A stretch of DNA of 64,000 nt from an uncultured Pseudomonadota bacterium (GCA_963770835.1 CAVYRH010000004.1:1-64000), one strand, 5' to 3'. Shown: positions 20,596 through 30,387, counted from the first letter of the stretch. The notes: a model not told the origin generated them from the sequence alone. Made by a program: numbers and translations.

Positions 20596-21372
20596 TTATC
20601 TCAGCTGGTTTAATAGTTTCAAATCCACCGCGTCCAACTCGAAATCAAAAACTTCCAAATTCTCCCTCAGGTGTTTCTCGCCCGTGGCCTTGGGGATAGC
20701 CGCCACGCCTTCCTGCTGGACCAGCCACCGCAAGGCCACTTGCGCGGGGGTTTTCCCGTGCTTCTTCCCGGTTTCTTTCAGTTCGATGCGGCCCAAGAAA
20801 CCGCCGCGGCCCAGGGGCGTATAGGCGCAAAGCACGATTTTCTCCTTATGCGTCAAAGCCAGGAGCTTGTCCTGGTTTTCCGGCAGGCTGTAGGGCACCT
20901 GGTCACAGGCGAGGGGAACCTCCGCCAGCGACAGGGCTTGTTTCAGGAGCTCCGCTGAAAAGTTGCTCACGCCCACGGCTAGGGCCTTGCCGTCCTTAGC
21001 CAGCTGGCAAAGGGCACCCAAGGTTTCCTTGAGCGGCACGGCGTCGTTGGGCCAATGGATGAGGAGCAGGTCCACGTGGTCCGTCCCCAGGCGTTTCAGC
21101 GAAGCTTCGGCGGCGTTTTGGAAATCCTTGGCGCGGTAGTGGTTGGTCCAGACCTTGGTGGTGAGGAAAATCTCCCGGCGGGCTACGCCCGATTCTTTGA
21201 TGGCCTTTGCGATTTCTGCCTCGTTGCCGTACATCTCGGCCGTGTCGATGTGCCGGTAGCCCAGGTCCAAGGCCCGCTTGACCGCCGAAACGCAAGTGGA
21301 GCCCCGGAGGTCCCAGGTGCCCAGCCCCAGGGCGGGCATGGAACGGCCGTTGGATAAGGGGAGTTGGATCAT
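20596..21372 (-). CDS. Aldo/keto reductase
   Basis: LGLGTW, GYRHIDTAEMYGNE, DLLLIHWP, GVSNF and IPKAT motifs. Confidence 0.93.
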   Translation of the reverse strand: MIQLPLSNGRSMPALGLGTWDLRGSTCVSAVKRALDLGYRHIDTAEMYGNEAEIAKAIKESGVARREIFLTTKVWTNHYRAKDFQNAAEASLKRLGTDHVDLLLIHWPNDAVPLKETLGALCQLAKDGKALAVGVSNFSAELLKQALSLAEVPLACDQVPYSLPENQDKLLALTHKEKIVLCAYTPLGRGGFLGRIELKETGKKHGKTPAQVALRWLVQQEGVAAIPKATGEKHLRENLEVFDFELDAVDLKLLNQLR

Positions 21373-21400
21373 GGAGTTATTCTACAACAAAGATAAATTG

Positions 21401-21497
21401 AACCACCAAGGTCACCAAGTACACCAAGAACGGCAAGGCATATAGACATTCAAGATTGGACCTTTGTTTTGAGTCTTTCTTGGCGAGCTTGGTGGTG
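21401..21497. repeat. Imperfect palindrome of CACCAAG units
   Basis: ACCACCAAG-GTCACCAAG-TACACCAAG on the left is opposed by TTCTTGGCGAGCTTGGTGGT on the right. Confidence 0.55.
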
Positions 21498-21518
21498 AAA
21501 TAGATTTCGTTGAAAACT

Positions 21519-21554
21519 AAAAAAATCCCCTTCCAGTTGCCCGGAAGGGGATTT
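21519..21554 (-). terminator. Intrinsic terminator downstream of the YbhB/YbcL gene
   Basis: AAATCCCCTTCC...GGAAGGGGATTT stem with an A-run, which is a U-tail on the minus strand. Confidence 0.75.
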
Positions 21555-21592
21555 AAATTCCTAACTTCTAATTCCTCATTCCTAATTGTTTT

Positions 21593-22153
21593 TTACTTAC
21601 CGTACATCCCGACCAGCTTGGCTTCGGCCAGCTTGTTCTGGCTGCAGTAAAAACCCACCATGGCGGCGGAGGCGTCGGCGGTGAGCCCGAGCGTCTTCAC
21701 CTTGAGGGCGAAAACCTTGAAAATATAGTGGTGCGGTTTCCCGGGGGGCGGGCAGGGGCCGCCGTAGCCGGGCTTGCCGAAATCGGTCCGGGACTGGATA
21801 AGCCCGGCGATGGAGGCGTCGTCCGCCTTGAACCCCTTGGGCAGGCTCGTCACGTCGGCGGGGATGTCAAACACCACCCAATGCCACCAGCCGCTTCCCG
21901 TGGGAGCGTCCGGATCGTAGACGGAAAGGGCGTAGCTCATCGTTCCCTCGGGGCCCTTGGTCCAGTGCAACTCGGGTGAAAGGTTCCCGCCTGAGCATCC
22001 GAAACTGTCGAACACCTGGTCGTTGGACATCGTTGCTCCCGGCTTCACATCCGGGCTCGTCAATTCCATCGCGAAAGAGGCTTGGACGGCCAAAACCACC
22101 AGGGCAACCACTCCTACCAGCTTTCCCGCGACTTTCATCCAATTCCTTCTCAT
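21593..22153 (-). CDS. YbhB/YbcL family Raf kinase inhibitor-like (PEBP) periplasmic protein
   Basis: Signal peptide; CSGGNLSPEL, YDPDAPTGSGWWHWVV and YGGPCPPPGKPHHY motifs. Confidence 0.92.
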   Translation of the reverse strand: MRRNWMKVAGKLVGVVALVVLAVQASFAMELTSPDVKPGATMSNDQVFDSFGCSGGNLSPELHWTKGPEGTMSYALSVYDPDAPTGSGWWHWVVFDIPADVTSLPKGFKADDASIAGLIQSRTDFGKPGYGGPCPPPGKPHHYIFKVFALKVKTLGLTADASAAMVGFYCSQNKLAEAKLVGMYGK

Positions 22154-22398
22154 AGTTACCTCCCAAGTTTTTTAAACTGAACGCACGAATCATAAAACTG
22201 AAAATGAAAAAAAAGCCAGATGTCCCAAAAAATACAGCCCAAAAAAGACGCTGTTTTAAAACTAAAGCCCTATTCAATACCTTTTTAAAATTGCGAAAGT
22301 TTCCAACCCGGTAGATGTTCAAATTTATGGGAAAAGGCCCAATTTTCCCCCACCTGATCTGGATCATAGGGGCCCCCGGGGTACGGGGTGTATAAGAG

Positions 22399-22760
22399 AA
22401 TCGTCGGAAAGGTTCCAAGCCAAGGCACCCCAAGGGTGCAACGGGGACTGAGGTCCCAAAGCGATGAGGAACCCGGCAGTCGAGAGCTGGGGAGTTGGAG
22501 AGGCTTCCGGAAGAAGCACCTTTTAAAGGTGCGGTGGGGCCAAGGCCCGAAAAGGACCGGGATCCAAACCGGCACAACCAGTGGGCACTTGAGGAGGTTG
22601 CAGGTTCGTCAAATCGTCGGAAGGGTTCAAAGGTTGCGCTTCAAAAGCGCGGGGCCGAGGCCCAAAACCACCACCGAACCTTGCTGAAGGTATCTACGGA
22701 TCTTATGAAGGAGTTAAGAATTTGTTTTAGCCCCGGGGCGGGTGCCCCGGGGCTTTTTTT
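22399..22760 (+). ncRNA. Putative structured non-coding RNA with three repeated two-hairpin modules (family not recognised)
   Basis: AATCGTCGGAA(A/G)GGTTC occurs at 22399 and 22612; three GC-stem plus GGGNC-stem modules; -10-like TATAAG at 22391; terminator at the 3' end; no credible ORF. Confidence 0.55.
22729..22760 (+). terminator. Intrinsic terminator
   Basis: AGCCCCGGGGC-GGGT-GCCCCGGGGCT followed by a T-run. Confidence 0.85.
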
Positions 22761-22868
22761 ATTTGTCCACATAGCTTTCGAAAAGCTCCCCGACCCGTAA
22801 TTATAAAGCGATAACTTCTTCACCGGCCCCGGATTATACTTTCCCATCTTTAATTAAAGGGGTAGGCC

Positions 22869-23771
22869 ATGAAAATCTTCCTTACCGGCGGCAGCGGCTT
22901 CATTGGATCCTGGGTGGTGAAACAACTGTTGGAGGAAGGCCACCAACTGCGCCTGCTCATCCGCAACCCCTCCAAGATCCCCTCGCTGAAAACCATGAAG
23001 GGAGTCGAGGTGGTGGAAGGCACCCTCTATGACAAGCCGGTCCTGGTGAAGGGGCTCCAGGGCGTGGACGCCTGCGTGCACATCGCCCTGGGCTGGGGCG
23101 AGACCCCCACCACCATGCTGGAGAGGGACACGGCGGTTACGGTGTTCCTACTGGAAGAGGCCGAAAAAGCCGGCGTAAAAAAGTTCCTCTACACCTCCTC
23201 CACCGCCGCCATCGGCAAGTTCCGCCGCATCATGACCGAAGCCATCGACCCCCGACCCGTGGACCTTTACGGCGCCACCAAGGCGGCCTCAGAAGCCTTC
23301 CTGCTGGGTTTCGCGGCCAAGGCCGAAATGCACTGTAATGTCATTAGGCCCGGCTATACCTTTGGCAACCCGGCCTTCGGAAAGGAAGGCGTCACCCAGC
23401 CGGACAAGCGCTTCAATCAAATCGCCTCCGCGGCCAAGAAGGGCGAGCCCATCCACCTCACGAAATACGACGGAACGCAATTCATCTGGGCGGGCGACCT
23501 GGCGAAACTCTACAGCGCGGTGCTCGCCAGCGACCGGCGGCGGAAGATTTATTTCGGCCTCTCCACCGAATTCGTCACCTGGGAAAAGGTGGCGAGGAAG
23601 GCGGTCGAGATGGCGGGTTCCAAGAGCCAGATCGTGCTGGAGGACAAGGGCTGGGACGCCGAACCCAACCTGTTCGACCTGAGTTCGATCAAAAAGGATT
23701 TTGAACTGGAATTCGTGGCGAGCCCTGAAATTGAGAAGCATTTGGCCTATCTCACGGGATTATCCGATTAA
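22869..23771 (+). CDS. NAD-dependent epimerase/dehydratase (extended SDR)
   Basis: TGGSGFIG, YTSSTAA and YGATK motifs. Confidence 0.88.
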   Translation: MKIFLTGGSGFIGSWVVKQLLEEGHQLRLLIRNPSKIPSLKTMKGVEVVEGTLYDKPVLVKGLQGVDACVHIALGWGETPTTMLERDTAVTVFLLEEAEKAGVKKFLYTSSTAAIGKFRRIMTEAIDPRPVDLYGATKAASEAFLLGFAAKAEMHCNVIRPGYTFGNPAFGKEGVTQPDKRFNQIASAAKKGEPIHLTKYDGTQFIWAGDLAKLYSAVLASDRRRKIYFGLSTEFVTWEKVARKAVEMAGSKSQIVLEDKGWDAEPNLFDLSSIKKDFELEFVASPEIEKHLAYLTGLSD

Positions 23772-23862
23772 AATCTGTAAAGCGACGCCTTAATTCCTCT
23801 TGAGCACCACGACCTGGTAGTGATTGCCGTCGGCTACGTAGAGGTTTCCCAGGGCCTGTTCT

Positions 23863-25214
23863 TCAAGCGACCTGGTAGGGAACCTGGGCGATGAGCTGAA
23901 GGGCCCTTTCCCTGTGGTCCTCGGGCACCAGGAGGCGCACCTTAAAAAGGGGCTTGAGCCAGAGCACGAGGAGGCGGAAATGGTAACCCTGGAAATGGCA
24001 AGGTACCTTTTCGTTTTCAAGGAAGCCTTTTAAATAGGAAGCCAGGGCCATATTGTCCAAAACCATTAGCTCGATCCCCGGGCCGTTAACCTTCCAAAAC
24101 TGCCATTGGGCCAAAAAGTCCTGGGCCAAACCCATAAGCCAAATGATATATGTGAAGTTGATAATCCAATAGAGGGACTGGAAATTTTCCGGGCCCACGG
24201 GCACCCAAAACAGCGCGGCCCCGAATAGGAGCAGGGGAAGTGTACTGCCGAATTGACGATTGAGGAGGCTTTCCCGCTTCGTGAGGTAGCGGGGCAGGTC
24301 GGCAACTTGGATCCCGAAGAGGTCAATGCCCCAGAACCAGTTGTAACAGAGGATTCCCAGGAGGACCATCATCGCCAGTTCCAACCATAAGTGGGACCAG
24401 CCTTCATGCATCCAGGTGTTGGGAACGTTGGCTAGACTCATGTAGGCACCTGTGGTGGAAATGCAGGTCAGGACAAAGCCTTCAATAACCGCGCTGGAAG
24501 GAAAGGGTGGAACCTCGAACCAAGCCAGCTTTCCAATGACTGTCCGGAAGGGAAAGCGAGGGGGCCTCCGGATCAATCGCCAAAGATAATAGGAAAAGGC
24601 GGCCAGCACCAGGACCATAGCCAGCACCACGAAGTTTTGGTTACCGTCGTGTTTGGCGGCCAGGTATCCCTGGAAACACCCAATAGGCGTCATGACGAGG
24701 CTTGGGATATCCCTGGCCAGCAGAAGGATCAGATAGCCGTTGCCCACGCCGTATCGGGTGATGAGCTGGGCCAGAATGATGGACAAGGCGACCCCCCCAT
24801 GAGTGCAAGGATGGTCAGGAACTGGAATAGGAGGAAAGGGCCCTCGATGTAGTTTCCCATGAGCCTTTTGAGCAGGTAGGTGGTGCCCAAGGCGTTGATG
24901 AAACAAAATATAAAGGAAAGGCGCCAGGCCCAAAGATTTAACTTTTTGCGGCCTGCCGCTCCTTCCAGGCGCCAACGGTTGAGGGGCGGCAGGACCAATG
25001 AAAAGACCTCCAGGACGATGAAGGCGGATAGGACAGGTTTGAGCCCTAAGACGAGGAGATTGAGTTTTCCCATGTGCTTCCCGTACCAGTCGGGATTCAT
25101 GGCAAAGGCTTCGCCGGTGGTGGGAAGGGGCAGGTGGTAAAGTGCGGCGTAGAGGCCCGCCAAGAGGACGGTTAGGAGGAAGGCGTTACCATAAGACTTC
25201 TCATTTGGAGTCAT
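23863..25214 (-). CDS. SecY-like membrane protein with a C-terminal DUF2007-like domain (frameshift at the C-run near 24792)
   Basis: HLPLP, LNLLVLGLKPVLSAFIVLE, LEGAAGRKKLN and LITRYGVGNGYLILL parallel SecY TM1-TM5 motifs. The C-terminus ALASYLKGFLENEKVPC...VRLLVPEDHRERALQLI looks like DUF2007. Confidence 0.65.
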
Positions 25215-25501
25215 GGACCAATCATTCAATACAAAAGAGTCAGGCTTATCTTGAGGGCCTGTCAAAAGATTGGCCATTTTAGCACTTTAGGGTGGGATGG
25301 GAACGGGCCCTTTTATCATGATGATGGAAGTCCTCGCGGCGCGGTGCAGGTATCCCATTGTAAAAGCTTATTTAATTTCTCCGACTTTGCTCAGGGCGTG
25401 GCGGTAATAGAGATAGTAGGGTTGGCTGTATGGGGTTTCCGTGGCGGTGGCCTCCACCTTCCAGGGTGGCATTGCGGTATCCCGCCCTTTATACTCAGGC
25501 C

Positions 25502-25909
25502 ATGGATTCCAAGCCCAAGCGTTCCGTGACCATCGAGCTGCCCATCATGTCCTTTGAGACCGACTTCGTGGGCATCGTGAACAACACCGAATTCATCCGC
25601 TTCCTGGAGCGGGTGCGCTACGCCCTTTCCAGGAAGCTGGGTTTTTCCTTCAAACAGGTGCGGTCGACGAAACTTTTCAGCGTCATGGCCCACGTCGAGA
25701 TCAACTACATTTCGCCCGCGCACTTCGAGGACATCATGTTGGGAACAGGCTGGGTGGAAAAGGTGGGGAACAGCTCGGTGACCCTGGCTTACGAATTCCG
25801 CCTCAAAGGTTCCAACCGGCTCATCGCCGACGCCAAGCAGGTCATGGTCTTTGTGAACGAACGCCTGAAGCCTACGCCCATCCCTCCCTCCATCCGCAAA
25901 AAGCTTTAA
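25502..25909 (+). CDS. Acyl-CoA thioesterase (4HBT/YbgC family)
   Basis: ETDFVGIVNNTEFIRFLERVR, INYISPAHFED and PTPIP motifs. Confidence 0.85.
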   Translation: MDSKPKRSVTIELPIMSFETDFVGIVNNTEFIRFLERVRYALSRKLGFSFKQVRSTKLFSVMAHVEINYISPAHFEDIMLGTGWVEKVGNSSVTLAYEFRLKGSNRLIADAKQVMVFVNERLKPTPIPPSIRKKL

Positions 25910-26141
25910 TCTACAACGACATTTGGCCGCTCATGGGCGCAAATAGTTGTTAGTAAAAAGTAAAAATTCTAAAACACTTTTTACTTTGGTCTTCTTTCAA
26001 TTTTCCAAATTTTATTTGAGGAAATTCCCGTTCATTCCCGGCTTCGAGGCCTTTTGGGGGGCGAAAGGCGGGCCTTGTAAAGTCAGCGTTAAAGCGGTAT
26101 TTTAACGCCCTGACCCAAAGCATTATCCAAGAGGAAGTTGT

Positions 26142-27347
26142 ATGCCAGCCAAGATGAGCGCCAGTGGCCTTCAAGAACAAATGATGGCGCTGAACAAGAT
26201 CGGGATCGCCCTCACCAAAGAGCAGGACCTCAACCAGCTCCTCACCCTTATCCTCACCGAAAGCCGCCAGTTCACCAACGCCGAAGCCGGAAGCCTTTAC
26301 GTGCGCGAGGGCGAACAGCTGCGCTTTTCCGTCACCCAAAACGAGGTGCTGGAGGCCCGCAAGAAGGCCGAGCAGAAGGCCCAAAGGAAGCCGCTGGAAG
26401 TGGCACCCTCCACCTTCACCGGTTTTTACGTCTCGCTGGACAAGAGCTCGCTGGCCGGCTACGTGGGCGTGACCGCCAAGGTCCTCAACCTCCCCGACGC
26501 CTACAAGATCCCCTCGGGCAGGGAATACAAGTTCAACCGTTCCTTCGACGAGAAGAACAACTACCGCACCAAGAGCATGCTCATCGTGCCCATGAAGGAC
26601 GCCATGGGCAACGTGGTGGGGGTCATCCAGCTCATCAACGCCCACAAGGGCAAGGCCATCGTTCCGTTCCAGAAGCACTTCGAGAACCTGGTGCTGTCCT
26701 TGGCCTCCCAGGCGGCCATCGCCATCAAGAACACCATGCTCACCCAGGAACTGAAGGACGCCTACCTGGACACCATCTTCCGCCTGTCGGTGGCGGCCGA
26801 ATACAAGGACGACGACACGGCCGTGCACATCCATCGCATGAGCCGCTACTCGGCCATCCTGGCCGAGGGGCTGGGGCTCTCCAACGCCGAGGTGGAAAGC
26901 ATCCGTTACGCCTCGCCCATGCACGACATCGGCAAGCTGGGCGTCCCCGATTCGATCTTGATGAAACCCGGAAAGCTGACTCCCGCGGAGTTCAAGGAAA
27001 TGCAGAACCACACGGTGTTCGGCGCGAAAATCCTGGAAAACGCCAAGGCGGAACTCTTGAGGGTCTCCGAGACCATCGCCCTCACCCACCACGAGAAGTG
27101 GGACGGTTCGGGCTATCCCCGGGGCCTGAAGGGCGAGGCCATCCCCCTGTCGGGGCGTATCGTGGCCCTGGCCGACGTCTTCGACGCCCTGACCACCAAG
27201 CGCTGTTACAAGCCGGCCTTCTCGTTGGAAGAATCCATGAAGATCATCAAGGAAGGCACGGGCCGCCACTTTGACGCCAAGATCGTGCAGGCCTTCACCA
27301 ACAACCTCGAGAAGATCCTGGCCGTGAAAGCCCAGTTCAGCAATTAA
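26142..27347 (+). CDS. GAF plus HD-GYP cyclic di-GMP phosphodiesterase
   Basis: GAF domain (YRTKSMLIVPM, GVIQLIN); MHDIGK, HHEKWDGSGYP and ADVFDAL motifs. Confidence 0.92.
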   Translation: MPAKMSASGLQEQMMALNKIGIALTKEQDLNQLLTLILTESRQFTNAEAGSLYVREGEQLRFSVTQNEVLEARKKAEQKAQRKPLEVAPSTFTGFYVSLDKSSLAGYVGVTAKVLNLPDAYKIPSGREYKFNRSFDEKNNYRTKSMLIVPMKDAMGNVVGVIQLINAHKGKAIVPFQKHFENLVLSLASQAAIAIKNTMLTQELKDAYLDTIFRLSVAAEYKDDDTAVHIHRMSRYSAILAEGLGLSNAEVESIRYASPMHDIGKLGVPDSILMKPGKLTPAEFKEMQNHTVFGAKILENAKAELLRVSETIALTHHEKWDGSGYPRGLKGEAIPLSGRIVALADVFDALTTKRCYKPAFSLEESMKIIKEGTGRHFDAKIVQAFTNNLEKILAVKAQFSN

Positions 27348-27364
27348 TTTTGATTTTGGAATTT

Positions 27365-27404
27365 AAATAAAAAAAGGCGGGAATATCCCCGCCTTTTTTT
27401 ATTT
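27365..27404 (+). terminator. Intrinsic terminator
   Basis: AAAAAAAGGCGGG-AATATC-CCCGCCTTTTTTT. Confidence 0.85.
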
Positions 27405-27538
27405 GCGCAATTCCTTGTCGAAGCCCCCACCCCCGGGTTGGATATTCAACGGACCCGCGGCGGCCTATAATTTTCATTCCCTTTCAAAGTGGAACAACTC
27501 CCCGGCTCATAAAATTATTCTCGAAGCAGGAGTGGAAC

Positions 27539-28069
27539 TTGCCCACGAAGACGATTTGCTCGAATTGCGGCAGGGACCTGGCGCCCCGGGAGACCTTGGA
27601 CGACCCCGACCGCGCCTACGGCATCTGCCCGAAGTGCGAGGAACATTTCAACCGCCAATTGGACCAGGACCTGGTCCGGTTCCTGGAAACCCTTCCCCAT
27701 CCGACGCTCCTGGTCAACCAGGAACTCCGGGTCGTGGCCTACAACGAAAACTGCCTGCGGAATTTCTGCAATGGGACGCCCAAACCCAAGGGACTCAGGG
27801 GCGGAGAATTCATGGGATGCCAGAACGCCTTCCTGCCGCAACGCTGCGGCGAAACCGCCGCCTGCCTGGATTGCGCCATTCGCCGGGCCGCCGTCCAGAC
27901 CTTAAAAACCGGGAAGCCCCAGAGGAACACCCGCGCCCATCTGACCCGCAGGGAGGGGGACCGGAAGGTCCGGCTGGAACTTTTAGTTTCCACGGACAAA
28001 CTGGGGGACCTGGTCCAGATCACGGTGAACAGTTTTTTCACGATTTTGGAACCTCCCTCGGCCGCGTGA
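27539..28069 (+). CDS. Cys-rich zinc-ribbon plus PAS-like protein
   Basis: N-terminal CxxC...GICxxC; PAS-like FLETLPHPTLLVNQELRVVAYN; GEFMGC...CG...CxxC; TTG start after AGGAG. Confidence 0.65.
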   Translation: MPTKTICSNCGRDLAPRETLDDPDRAYGICPKCEEHFNRQLDQDLVRFLETLPHPTLLVNQELRVVAYNENCLRNFCNGTPKPKGLRGGEFMGCQNAFLPQRCGETAACLDCAIRRAAVQTLKTGKPQRNTRAHLTRREGDRKVRLELLVSTDKLGDLVQITVNSFFTILEPPSAA

Positions 28070-28134
28070 AAAGAAGGCCGGCCTCCTGTTATATTGTCCC
28101 TTCCCAGAATTAAAAAAATGAGAGGCGGTGGCCT

Positions 28135-28566
28135 ATGGCTCTATGGGGGACTTGGCAGCTCTACGCGCTTGGTTCGGCTTTTTTCGCGGCCCTGACGGCC
28201 TTGTTCGGCAAGATCGGCGTTTCGGAAATCAATTCCAACCTGGCCACCTTCATCCGCACCGTGGTCATCCTCGCCCTGATCGGCGGGGTGGTGAGCTTCA
28301 ACCACCAATGGCAGAAACTGGATTCGCTCTCCCGGCATGGGATGTTGTTCCTGGTCCTCTCGGCGGTGGCCACGGGCCTGTCCTGGCTTTGCTATTACCG
28401 CGCCCTTCAGATGGGCCCGGTCTCAAGGGTGGCCCCCATCGACAAGTTGAGCGTGGCCCTAGCCATGCTTTTGGGCGTGGTTTTCCTGGGGGAGACCCTC
28501 TCCCTGAAGGCCCTTTTGGGCGGCGCGCTGGTCTTGGGCGGGGCGATCTTGATGGTCTTCGCCTGA
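28135..28566 (+). CDS. EamA/DMT family small transporter
   Basis: FAALTALFGKIG, SWLCYYRALQMG and VAPIDKLSV motifs. Confidence 0.9.
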   Translation: MALWGTWQLYALGSAFFAALTALFGKIGVSEINSNLATFIRTVVILALIGGVVSFNHQWQKLDSLSRHGMLFLVLSAVATGLSWLCYYRALQMGPVSRVAPIDKLSVALAMLLGVVFLGETLSLKALLGGALVLGGAILMVFA

Positions 28567-28710
28567 GAAGAGGTTGAGACGGTCTAAACCTTCACGACAG
28601 CATCGAAAAAATTCCCCGCCCTCATTTTGCGTTTTTATTTTCCCCAGTCCTATCTTAATTGGGCGTTATTGGGCAAAGATGGGCCCGTTTGAGATTAAGG
28701 AAGTAACTTC

Positions 28711-30294
28711 ATGGCCGCTTCAGATTCCACTTACGACGTCATCGTGATCGGTTCGGGCATCGGGGGCCTGACGGCCGCCGCCCTTTTGTCGAAGCTCCAT
28801 CAAAAACGCGTCCTGGTCCTGGAACAGCACTTCGTGGCGGGCGGGCTGACCCATGAGTTCCACCGGCACGGGTACCATTTCGACGTGGGCCTGCATTACG
28901 TGGGCGGCATGGGGCCGGGCGAACTGGGCCGCAAGCTTTTCGACTTCCTCACCGACGGCGCCCTGGCCTGGAACAAGATGCCCCACCTGTTCGAGAAATT
29001 CGTCTATCCGGAATTTTCCTTCGACCTCCCCTCCGACCCCAAGGAATACCTGCGGGCGCTCCAGGAAAAATTCCCGGCGGAAAAAGACGCCCTGGCGAAA
29101 TATTTCAAGGACTGTTTCAAGGCCGCCCTTTGGTACGGGGTGGAAGCGATGGCGGAGGCTTTTCCCTGGGCCTTGAGGCCCCTGATGAGGCTGGCCACGG
29201 GGCTCTTGGGCGGGATCAGCCGCCAGACCACCAAGGCCTACCTCGACCAGAACTTCAAGGAGGACAGGCTCAAGTCCCTGCTGGCTTCCCAGTGGGGGGA
29301 CTACGGGCTTCCCCCCTCCCAAAGCGCCTTCGGCCTGCACGCCACTATCGTCCAACATTACCTCAAGGGGGGGTGGTACCCGGTCGGCGGCGCGGGCGAG
29401 ATGGCCCGGAAAATCATTCCCGTCATCGAGGCCAATGGTGGAAAGATAAGGGTGAGCCAGAGGGTCACGGAAATCCTGGTGGAAAAGGGCCGGACCGTGG
29501 GGGTCCGGGTAGTCCCGACCAACTCCCCCCAGGGGGACGGAATCGAATACCGGGCCGGGGCCGTCATCTCCGACGCCGGTTCCTATATCACCTATACCCG
29601 GCTCCTGAAGTCGGCGCCTTCTTCCTTCCGGGAGGAATTGGAAAACTTTCCCAAGGGTTTTAGCGCCATCAGCCTTTACCTGGGGCTGAAGGAATCCCCC
29701 GCTAAGCTGGGCTTTAAGGGTGAGAACTACTGGGTTTATGAAAGCGAGGACCATGAATCGGCGGTCCTTGACCTGGAAAAGAGCGGTAGTTATTACCTTT
29801 CCTTCCCTTCCTTGAAAGACCCCCAGGCAACGGGCCACACCGCCGAGGTGATCGCCTTTTGCGGGTATGAGCCTTTCCAAAAATGGAGCGGCCAACTTTG
29901 GAAAAAACGGGATAAGGACTATTACGAAATGAAAGTCCGCCTCGCAGAACATTACTTGGACCTTCTCGAGTGGCGTTTTCCGGGCTTCCGGAAACTGGTA
30001 GGGTTCCAAGAATTGGCCACCCCCTTAACGGTGGAATATTTCCAGGAAACCTCCCGCGGGAATTTTTACGGCATCCCGGGCACCCCCGGCCGCATTGGGA
30101 AACCCTGGGCCCGGGTGACGACGCCGGTCAAGGGGCTTTACCTGACGGGCGCGGATGTCCTTTCCCTGGGGATCATGGGAGCGGCCATGGGCGGGGTGAA
30201 GACGGCGGGCATGATGTCGGGCCCTTTCGGTTTTTTCAGGGTGATGGGGAAAATCATGCGACGAAAACCGTTCTCGGCGGAGATAAAACCGTGA
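28711..30294 (+). CDS. FAD-dependent oxidoreductase, phytoene desaturase / retinol saturase family
   Basis: VIGSGIGGLTAA, FDVGLHYVG, QWGDYGLPP, ATPLT and GLYLTGAD motifs. Confidence 0.88.
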   Translation: MAASDSTYDVIVIGSGIGGLTAAALLSKLHQKRVLVLEQHFVAGGLTHEFHRHGYHFDVGLHYVGGMGPGELGRKLFDFLTDGALAWNKMPHLFEKFVYPEFSFDLPSDPKEYLRALQEKFPAEKDALAKYFKDCFKAALWYGVEAMAEAFPWALRPLMRLATGLLGGISRQTTKAYLDQNFKEDRLKSLLASQWGDYGLPPSQSAFGLHATIVQHYLKGGWYPVGGAGEMARKIIPVIEANGGKIRVSQRVTEILVEKGRTVGVRVVPTNSPQGDGIEYRAGAVISDAGSYITYTRLLKSAPSSFREELENFPKGFSAISLYLGLKESPAKLGFKGENYWVYESEDHESAVLDLEKSGSYYLSFPSLKDPQATGHTAEVIAFCGYEPFQKWSGQLWKKRDKDYYEMKVRLAEHYLDLLEWRFPGFRKLVGFQELATPLTVEYFQETSRGNFYGIPGTPGRIGKPWARVTTPVKGLYLTGADVLSLGIMGAAMGGVKTAGMMSGPFGFFRVMGKIMRRKPFSAEIKP

Positions 30295-30387
30295 CGGAGT
30301 GGGAATTTTTTTTGAGTGGTGCACTGGTTTTGACCTGAACGGTTTTGATAGTCTTTGCCTGAGAGGTTTCGAGGAAGGGGAAAGACT

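Noticed and set aside
22386..22680. tmRNA, RNase P RNA or SAM-I riboswitch identity for the structured intergenic tract
   Set aside because: No tRNA-like T-arm plus CCA end and no GAGGAAAGTCC. The SAM-like fragment GGGACTG...GATGA..AACCCGGCA lacks the P1 AUC and the GCAACC...GGTGC elements in the right order.
22399..22680. CRISPR array
   Set aside because: Only two copies of the short direct repeat, about 213 bp apart, and no cas genes in the window.
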